A DNA stretch of 63,959 nucleotides, filler included, from Basidiobolus ranarum (Eukaryota): assembly GCA_040143965.1 (NCBI GenBank). It is 55 parts of 55 records of this genome, joined end to end, with 100 filler letters (N's around TTAATTAATTAA, not from the genome) between each part and the next. Parts side by side here need not be neighbours in the genome. Positions count along the whole stretch, not along the records: positions 62,901 to 63,959 come from JASJQH010013508.1; 54 more parts are not named here. One strand, 5' to 3'. The notes below the pieces were generated by a model. The model saw only the letters and a list, made by a program, of their open reading frames with translations. It did no database searches and was not told where the DNA came from. The translations under genes and the position numbers were made by a program. Positions 62,801-63,959 of the stretch are shown here, piece after piece; the first letter of the stretch is position 1; every line of letters begins with the position of its first letter.

Positions 62801-63959
62801 NNNNNNNNNNNNNNNNNNNNNNNNNNNNNNNNNNNNNNNNNNNNTTAATTAATTAANNNNNNNNNNNNNNNNNNNNNNNNNNNNNNNNNNNNNNNNNNNN
62901 TACTGGTGATTGAGGAATAGAAATGGGCGATCGATTGGATTTGGTAGGTTTGCTTCTCTAAGATGGCCTATCTCTGTTCCTACTACCGTTTTAGAGTTGG
63001 TCTCAACATCGGAATTACTACAAATATAGTTAGTCCGTTGCACTCTCCGTACTAGATTGATGGATAAGATTCAGTAGCCTCTAAGGAAGCAGTAATATCA
63101 CATATCCGATTGGAATGATTTGACTGAATCTTCCGAGTAAATGAGGCTGAGTTGTCATTTTAATATAAGCTTTTTGCTAGTATGGACAAAAAGGCCTCAG
63201 CTGGATTCACTGACAACATCATGTGAAAGACCTGCGATAGAATACAAGTTTAACGCCCAACCAAAGAAAGAATCAATATATTCCAACTGCCGTGATCTCT
63301 CCATGACCCACGGTGATATCAATAACAGCTTCGGAACTCCTTAGAATCAGGTTAAGAGTCTCCTTGAGGTCCTCTAGCATTGATATGCTACATGCAACCT
63401 CTAGCAGCCATTAAACCCTCACCGATCATTTACTACGTATGTGTGTGATTCAAGTATTAGGTGATCTGAAAAACCTACTCTTGGACAACTTCTCCGTGAA
63501 ACCATTGACGAGGGATAAGGTTTCGTTGATCCGGGTGATCTCACATGATGGATTGACACGGTGTAAGTGCTCCACTCGTGTAAATCATTCTCATTAGTCA
63601 GCAGCCATTTTTAATCTATTTGTTGCCTTAATGATGGATAGAACCGCTTCTCTAGCTTGAAATGGCATTAATGCTGCGATAGCACAAATCCGTCATACTT
63701 CAGAGATGTTGGCAATATTCCCCGTACTCTATTCACCACTCGGCTTGTAAGCCACACTGCACGCCAAATATAGTGAACAATTATTTGCTTATCATCCCAA
63801 CGATCTAGCAGGATAGAAGCTATTCAGAGCCTTTTATCCCAAACATTATGAAACCTACTCAAGAAATTATGGGAAGCTGATCATCCAACAAAACGATTGT
63901 ACGAAGCCCATTTCGTTTCTCATCTATAATGGCAGGACAAAGTGGACAGTATAGGTTCA

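Noticed and set aside
1071-62900. Regularly spaced identical TTAATTAATTAA resembling a repeat or CRISPR array
   Set aside because: Always embedded in N runs; it is an assembly linker.
62901-63959. Coding-like unique sequence (also 43158-44220)
   Set aside because: Stops in the frames I translated and no identifiable motif; it needs a BLASTX search.

Overview
This is not continuous chromosome. It is 55 unrelated short contigs, sorted by decreasing length (about 1070 to 1059 nt) and joined by artificial 100-nt linkers (N44-TTAATTAATTAA-N44), so adjacency across a linker has no biological meaning. The DNA is AT-rich and eukaryotic. The 28S rDNA, HSP104, yeast-type HSP31, EPL1-like and XIP-like aquaporin fragments point to a fungus, probably early-diverging (Basidiobolus-like by my recollection, unverified). 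Most contigs are decayed, nested transposons that have lost nearly all CpG. They include at least three Ty1/copia LTR families, a Tf1/sushi-type chromovirus, a CACTA/CMC DNA transposon with CCCTAAC termini and a probable Helitron. Overlapping copies let several elements be reconstructed. The best leads are: (1) a probable LTR carrying three phased heat-shock-element arrays, denser than the host HSP104 promoter; (2) a chromovirus with an apparent tRNA-independent self-priming site and a -1 frameshift signal; (3) a CACTA element with divergent transposase and orphan ORF2; (4) two copia families priming on different parts of tRNA-iMet. No CRISPR or prokaryotic systems were seen.
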